Positions 8,111 through 13,283 of a stretch of 13,283 nt of DNA are shown piece by piece. Origin of the DNA: Octopus sinensis. Taxonomy: Eukaryota. A program made the translations under genes and the position numbers. The stretch's first letter is position 1. Each line of letters opens with the position of its first letter. The notes beneath the pieces were generated by a model. That model ran no database searches. It was not told the DNA's origin and saw only the letters and a program-made list of their open reading frames with translations. The stretch is from positions 1 to 13,283 of the forward strand of contig NW_021826176.1 of NCBI RefSeq assembly GCF_006345805.1, written 5' to 3'.

Positions 8111-8290
8111 GTATCTATATATTTATGTGTGTGTCTTTGTGCCTGTGTTTGTACCCCCCTACAACACTTGGCAACCGATGTTGGTGTGTTTACGCCCCCG
8201 TAACTTAGAGGCTCGGCAAAAAACCGATAGAATAAGTACTAGACTTACAAAGAAGAAGTTCTGGAGTCGATTTATTCAACTAAAACCCAT
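7852..8290 (+). mobile_element. SINE family B, near full length (tRNA-like head, central microsatellite, 3' domain)
   Basis: A-box-like tgactgtatgg (7863-7873), B-box-like gggttcagtccc (7904-7915), tandem duplication of gtgtcttctataacca (7931-7946, 7948-7963), TA/CA tract ~8018-8135, 3' domain matching 11560-11705. Confidence 0.88.
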
Positions 8291-8353
8291 AAAGTTACAC
8301 ACACATACATACATACACACACACGTATACATAATATATACGATGACTTTACA

Positions 8354-8492
8354 CATAGTTTCCGTCTACCAAATTCACTCATAGGTCATTTCTCAGCCCG
8401 GGACTATATTAGAAGACACTTGCCCAATGTGTCACGCATTGGAACTGAACCCCAAACCACGTAGTTGCAAAGTGAGCTTCTTAACCACAGCC
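8354..8492 (-). mobile_element. SINE family B, 5' half
   Basis: Reverse complement of 7862-8005 (tagaagacacttg, actgaaccc, gcttcttaaccac). Confidence 0.85.
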
Positions 8493-8599
8493 TATGATGC
8501 TGATATTGTTGTTTGCTATTACATGCAGATGTTTTTCTTATGATTGTGTTGTAGTCAATATATTCCTATCAAAATGTTCAAGTTGTTCACTATGCTAAG

Positions 8600-8912
8600 A
8601 ATAGGCACAAGACCCGAAATTTTACTTAATTTATCGACCCCGAAAGGATAACAGGCAAAGTCGACCTCGGCGGAGTTTGAACTGAGAACGTAAAAACAGA
8701 CGAAATACCTATTTCTTTAGGACAAACAAGGACAGACAAACGGATTAAGCCGATAATATCGACCCCAGTGCATAACTGGTACTTGTTTAATCGACCCCTA
8801 AAGGATGAAAGGCAAAGTCGACCTCGGCGGAATTTGAACTCAGAACGTAACGGCAGACGAAATACCACTAAGCATTTCGCCCGGCATGTTAACGTTTCTG
8901 CCAGCTCGCTGC
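8600..8912 (-). mobile_element. SINE family A dimer with two internal deletions
   Basis: Same layout as 3828-4188; junction gaaatacc|tatttcttta at 8709/8710; head ends ...tctgccagctcgctgc. Confidence 0.92.
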
Positions 8913-9021
8913 GTTATAATACCATAATGTTGACGTGACAATGTGTTTATTTGTTAATTTCATAATGCTGAGTTTTATTCCCAAAATGTCATAATGTTGT
9001 ATTTATTATCATAATATGGGT

Positions 9022-9231
9022 TTTAAATTTTGGCACAAGGCCAACAGGATCGGGAGGATGGGGAATTCGATTACATCAAATCCAGTGTCCAACTGGTAAT
9101 TAGTTTAGCGACGCCGAAAGGATAAAGGCAGAGTAGACCTCGGTGGAATTTCTACTCAGAACGTAGAGACGGACGAAATGTCGATAAGTGTATTTTGCTT
9201 GGCGTGCTAACGATTCTACCAGCTCGCCCCC
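9022..9231 (-). mobile_element. SINE family A, full length
   Basis: Reverse complement aligns along its whole length with 9244-9455. Confidence 0.92.
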
Positions 9232-9243
9232 TTAATAAAAATA

Positions 9244-9455
9244 GGCGGCGAGCTGGCAGAATCGTTAGCACGCCGGGCAAAATGCTTAGAGGCATTTCGT
9301 CCGTCTCACGGTTCTGAGTTCAAATTCCGCTGAGGTCGACTTTGCCCTTCATCCTTTCGTGGTCAATAAAATAAGTATTAGCCAGACACTGGGATCGATG
9401 CAACCGACTTACTTCCACTTACCGAATTCGCTTGCCTTGTGCTAATCTTTAAAAT
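9244..9455 (+). mobile_element. SINE family A, full length (tRNA-derived head)
   Basis: A-box-like tggcagaatcg (9254-9264), B-box-like agttcaaattcc (9317-9328), body and tail gccttgtgc...tttaaa. Confidence 0.92.
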
Positions 9456-9744
9456 CAATATTTATTTGATATTGTTGTTATTACTGTTATAGAATCATAT
9501 TTAAAAGTTTCTTTTGTGTTTCTCTGAGATATTTTTAATGAAATATTTTCGTTATTTTGTTATCATGAAAAGTAATAATTTAACCCTTTTTCTCATTTTG
9601 TTTCCTTTGTCCTCATTTTTTGTAAAGCACCTATCCAACACAGTCTCTGCATACATATTTTACGTCTTCTTTACATACGAACCCATCTCTGCCTGTCTGC
9701 ATCTCTTTCTCTCTCTCCAACCAGCTATCTACTTATTCAACAAC

Positions 9745-9768
9745 CTACCTACGTACGTGCCTACCTAC

Positions 9769-9834
<66 letters not shown>

Positions 9835-9937
9835 ATCTTTCTTTTTTGCTTTTTTTTTAATACCTATCTATCTCTACCTGTCTTTGTTCTATCTGTGTGC
9901 TTTCTCTATGCTATCTATCTATCTATCTAGCTATTTC

Positions 9938-9969
<32 letters not shown>

Positions 9970-10011
9970 CCTATCTATCTATCTATCTATCTATCTCTCT
10001 CTCTCTTTCTC

Positions 10012-10054
<43 letters not shown>

Positions 10055-10055
10055 T
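9745..10055. repeat. (CTAT)n, (CCTA)n and (CT)n compound microsatellite
   Basis: Read directly; source of the YLSI-type ORFs. Confidence 0.96.
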
Positions 10056-10372
10056 TACGCCCCAGCTTCCTGTTTCTTGCTCTACTCCCAACGTTATTTA
10101 GCACATAACTATCATTAAGCTTAATTGCTTAATTCGAACTTGTAATTTCATCTGTACACATGTTTATATTACGCACAACCATTATACTAACAGATGCGTT
10201 ACTGAAACTTTTGTGACTCACTACAAAGTGTTTTCACATTTCCAATCCTCAGCCAATTGAAGAACTGAATAAGATCCCGAATAATGACTTCTAAAGCATT
10301 GAATATTTTTTGCAAAATCACGTACGCTTGTTCCTCTCTTCATCTTCTAATCATCTCTCGCTTCTCCGCTGT

Positions 10373-10375
<3 letters not shown>

Positions 10376-10408
<33 letters not shown>

Positions 10409-10505
10409 CTCTCCTCTTCTCTCTCTCTCTCTCTGCTGTCTCTCTTCTCTTCTCTGTAAGTTTGTTCTCTGCTTCATATCCCATGTGTATGTTCATCTCT
10501 CTCTG
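10376..10505. repeat. (CT)n degenerate microsatellite
   Basis: Read directly. Confidence 0.93.
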
Positions 10506-10574
10506 CTGGTATTGTATGTCTAAATGTAGTATGTATATATGAAAGATATACAATATATCATATATAATGTAATT

Positions 10575-10586
10575 ATATATAGCTAT

Positions 10587-10621
<35 letters not shown>

Positions 10622-10700
10622 TAGATTATATATAGAGAGATAGAGAGAGAGAGAGAGCGAGAGAGAAGAGAGCGAAGAGAGAGGAGGGATGAGAGACGTA
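10575..10700. repeat. (TA)n then (GA)n microsatellite
   Basis: Read directly. Confidence 0.93.
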
Positions 10701-10736
10701 GACAGCCCGACAGAGTAAAAAAGGAGGAGAGAAGCA

Positions 10737-10880
10737 ACGACCTCAGTACTTACCTTGTACTTTATTTATTGATTCCCAAAGGGATTAAATGTAAGTTTGA
10801 CATCAACGGAATTTGAACTCCAAGTACAGAGAACCGGAACGAACATCATAACACATTCTACCTACCTAACGTTTTAACGT
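10737..10880 (-). mobile_element. Old SINE-A-related copy
   Basis: cgacctcagtact...gtactttattt...cggaatttgaactc...ctaacgtt, colinear with 4045-4185. Confidence 0.7.
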
Positions 10881-11199
10881 CTCGTCTCTACTTATTTCCC
10901 GCCTTGGAATTAGCAATAAATATGCTTGAGCTTGAAATGTCGAACGTCTTCAACAGTGTAAGTTAACATAATCTCCTGCTAAATCTCGTTTTAAATGCAA
11001 GGAAAGTTTGTAAGGGTAAATTATGTAGAAGACATTTGAAGCGGAATATACTCAACTCTTACACATGGTGCATATTGGCAAAAAGAAAGACAGAGCTAGA
11101 GAACGCTTAGGTTGTTGGATATGGACAGTGTGTGGTGCATTGCATTGGTTTATATGTATTATTTATTATGGCGATGCTTGATTTTACTGCAGGGTCTAT

Positions 11200-11482
11200 C
11201 GATTCTTCACTGTGTCCCTATGTAATTTCTTTCGACACGTTTCCCACCCAAATGTCCCTATTCATGTCTTGCAATTACATTATAGTTGTTACTGTGTAAT
11301 TTCGAGATTTTTTGGATGGGGCTACCGATATGCAATCTTTGCAATTGTAACTTACTTTAACAGAATAATTGCTGAAGATTTTGTGATATCGGTATGTAAG
11401 AGAACTGCGTACTGAATGTCTTCGCAAAATTTCTAGATACAGGGACGGTTAAAGCAGGGGTTGTGTCTGTTTTTACATTTGG
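11200..11482 (-). mobile_element. Highly decayed Penelope-like element linker / GIY-YIG relic
   Basis: Across frameshifts, in the expected order: PNVKT (11482-11468), YHKIFSNYSVKVSYNC (11388-11341), CNCK (11279-11268), LGGKRVERNYIG (11251-11216); resembles the PLE pattern NVKTN..KIFN..VKxSYSC..CNC..CPLxGKC..YIG recalled from memory. Confidence 0.55.
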
Positions 11483-11559
11483 CTTAATCGGTGTAGGATG
11501 GTCGATATATTTCACCTTATATATGTAGGAATATATGTTTGTGTGTGTGTGTATGCTTG

Positions 11560-11756
11560 TGTGTCTGTGTTTGTCGCCCTACCATCGCTTGACAACAGTT
11601 GTTGGTGTGTTTACGTCCACGTAACTTAGTGGTTCGGCAAAAGAGTCCGATAAAATAAGTACTAGGCTCACAAAGAATAAGTCCTGGGGTTGATTTGCTC
11701 GATTAAATGCGGTGCTCCAGCATGGCCGCAGTCAAATGACTGAAACAAGTAAAGAA
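11560..11756 (+). mobile_element. SINE family B, 3' half (headless, starts at a TG tract)
   Basis: Matches 8135-8285 and continues gcggtgctccagcatggccgcagtcaaatgactgaaacaagtaaagaat. Confidence 0.88.
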
Positions 11757-11883
11757 TTGGAGGTGGGTGGGGGTTGATTCAACAACCTTAAGGTGACTAT
11801 TGAAATATTCGTTGTCCATGTGAATGTTTTCCGAGTTGAACGTTTATTTTACTTTATCTGTACTAACATACTATATAAATAAA

Positions 11884-12410
11884 CTAGCAGTATCGCCCGG
11901 CGTTGCTCGGGTTTGTAAGGGAAATAACTATATAAGCATTTTTAGAGAGTTATAGCAAAAAAATGCATTAAAAATGGAATAAAAAAATGATGATAATTTT
12001 TTTTTTAAATCGTTGACTCAGTGTCTTCAAGCCATGAAGTCGTTGTTCTAAAAGAACGCTGGTCTCCTTGACAACGCTTTACGACGTTGATTTCCTTACA
12101 CTCCCTTCCCCACAGCTTCACGAGGGAGGGAAGAAGGGGGAGAAGCAAACAGGTGCAAGTGTGACCGTGGACGCCAACTCCGCCGCCATCGACACACGAA
12201 AAATTATGCATTAAAATGGAATAAAAAATGATGTTAAATTATTTTAAAAATCGTAGACTCATCGTAGACGCCGCGCTAATAGCCAACGGGCTCGATATGA
12301 ATTACGACTATAAGATACTCGAATTTGGTTAAACTGCACCGCAAAATGTGGGAGTAGTTAGGAACTAAATCGAAAGGGGACAGACACTCACACAACTACA
12401 GTTTTATATA
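11884..12410 (-). mobile_element. Non-autonomous Helitron-like element
   Basis: Minus-strand 3' end CTAG followed by T (11887-11884), GC-rich hairpin cccggc-gtt-gc(t)cggg (11896-11911) 8 nt from it; 5' end runs into (TA)n so the TC terminus is not confirmed. Confidence 0.65.
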
Positions 12411-12412
12411 TA

Positions 12413-12475
<63 letters not shown>
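12405..12475. repeat. (TA)n microsatellite
   Basis: Read directly. Confidence 0.96.
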
Positions 12476-12476
<1 letters not shown>

Positions 12477-12479
12477 AAT

Positions 12480-13046
12480 AAATAAAACATTGCTATATAT
12501 AAACATATATGTACGTACCTACCTCTACATGTACATATACACGCATTATGAATACGGGACACCAAAAGACGTCGAACACAAAGAAAACGAAAACATAAAC
12601 ATAGACACAAACCCAAGGAACTGGACATTTTTTTAAACACAAAAAAATAGAGTACAGGACATTAATACAAAGAAAAACCCCTTGTTCAGTCGCTATGGTT
12701 TCATCTACTCTACGTTTCGAAGGTGAAAGCGAGACGTATCTTCGACAAGAAACTTTCCTTCCTGCGAAAAGCAAATCAATTAAAATTCTGAGATCTTTTC
12801 GCAGAGGGGTAAAAAATGGTAACAAAAACAGGACAGTAACGACTACAAATTATAAACAGTAAAAGACAGGAGGGGAAAAACAAGATGAGAAGGGCTGTTA
12901 ACACCGAACGAAAAAAAGTATTACGAACGCGGATTTTTTTGTGAACGACGAACGGAGCAAAAAGAATTGTCGTCCACACCTCGAGAGGGTTAGGCTAGAA
13001 AGACAGTAGCGGAAGTCTCGTCGCGGGTCAACGACGGGAGGGGGGA
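12480..13046 (-). mobile_element. Microsatellite-flanked interspersed repeat, possible PLE pseudo-LTR
   Basis: Bounded by (TA)n and (CATA)n; decayed hammerhead-like topology at 12751-12708; 10-bp inverted repeat at 12762-12771/12795-12804; abuts a PLE coding fragment in opposite orientation. Confidence 0.4.
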
Positions 13047-13073
13047 ACACATACATACATACATACATATATA
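13047..13073. repeat. (CATA)n(TA)n microsatellite
   Basis: Read directly. Confidence 0.93.
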
Positions 13074-13283
13074 TCCTTCAAACAAGCCCACAACCTACGA
13101 GATCTCTTGGTCTACAGCTTCTTCCATAACCCAACCTCCCAACCCGGCTCGTTCCCCTGCTCCCGCCCACGCTTCCGCACTTGCCCTTACCTCTCCAACA
13201 CCACCCTCCTCACAGGCACTCATCATCGACCCCATCATATCGCTGACTCCTTCACCTGCATTTCTAGCAACGTCATCTACTGC
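13074..13283 (+). mobile_element. 5'-truncated Penelope-like retroelement coding fragment (linker, Cys motif, start of GIY-YIG endonuclease); continues past the window
   Basis: Stop-free 70 codons SFKQAHNLRDLLVYSFFHNPTSQPGSFPCSRPRFRTCPYLSNTTLLTGTHHRPHHIADSFTCISSNVIYC, matching the PLE pattern NLRDLLV..GxFPC..RCxTCP..FTCxSxNVIYC; absent from the ORF track because it has no start codon. Confidence 0.88.

Noticed and set aside
9244-9330. Possible tRNA genes at SINE heads (also 7860-7915)
   Set aside because: A/B boxes are present, but I could not build a cloverleaf and the sequence runs on into SINE bodies.
10190-10345. tactaacag branch/acceptor-like site, and a protein-looking minus frame (QAYVILQKIFNALEVIIRDL...)
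   Set aside because: Short frames, no donor or recognisable homology; the KIFN and NVKT words are in the wrong order for a PLE.
11232-11265. AUGAAUA...GAAACGUGUC on the minus strand as another hammerhead
   Set aside because: No stem II can form, and it lies inside the PLE coding relic.
11029-11415. Plus-strand frame open for ~129 codons with a single TGA (selenocysteine or read-through idea), plus a 71-bp GT-AG pseudo-intron at 10958-11028
   Set aside because: The peptide composition looks like antisense translation, the opposite strand carries ordered PLE motifs, and no SECIS-like structure was seen.
11356-11432. Minus-strand 77-bp exon with good splice signals (ctag|...AAA|gtaagt)
   Set aside because: Its peptide continues past the donor as the PLE motif KVSYNC, so retroelement origin explains it better; exonisation cannot be excluded without RNA data.
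11759-11775. G-rich ggaggtgggtggggg as a G-quadruplex
   Set aside because: Only two runs of three or more G; unremarkable.

Overview
AT-rich, repeat-saturated eukaryotic non-coding DNA. I found no credible host protein-coding gene, rRNA, true tRNA or CRISPR array; nearly every ORF in the supplied track is a translated microsatellite or SINE. From memory the repeat families look like coleoid cephalopod (Octopus) repeats; this is inference and was not searched. Contents: many (TA)n, (CA)n, (TATG)n, (TAA)n, (CTAT)n and (CT)n tracts; at least three SINE-like families, labelled A, B and C here (A and B have tRNA-like A/B boxes); a degenerate ~165-bp tandem repeat; a non-autonomous Helitron-like element; and relics of Penelope-like retroelements (PLEs). 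The PLE relics are one clear GIY-YIG-proximal coding fragment at the right edge, one very decayed fragment, and several microsatellite-flanked 3' ends carrying minimal type I hammerhead-ribozyme folds. The best fold (7495-7545, minus strand) has a non-canonical but compensatory U3-A8 core and a palindromic stem III, and may still be active as a dimer. Two SINE-A dimers share an identical junction, suggesting self-targeted integration, and a head-to-head SINE-A pair forms a ~430-bp imperfect palindrome.
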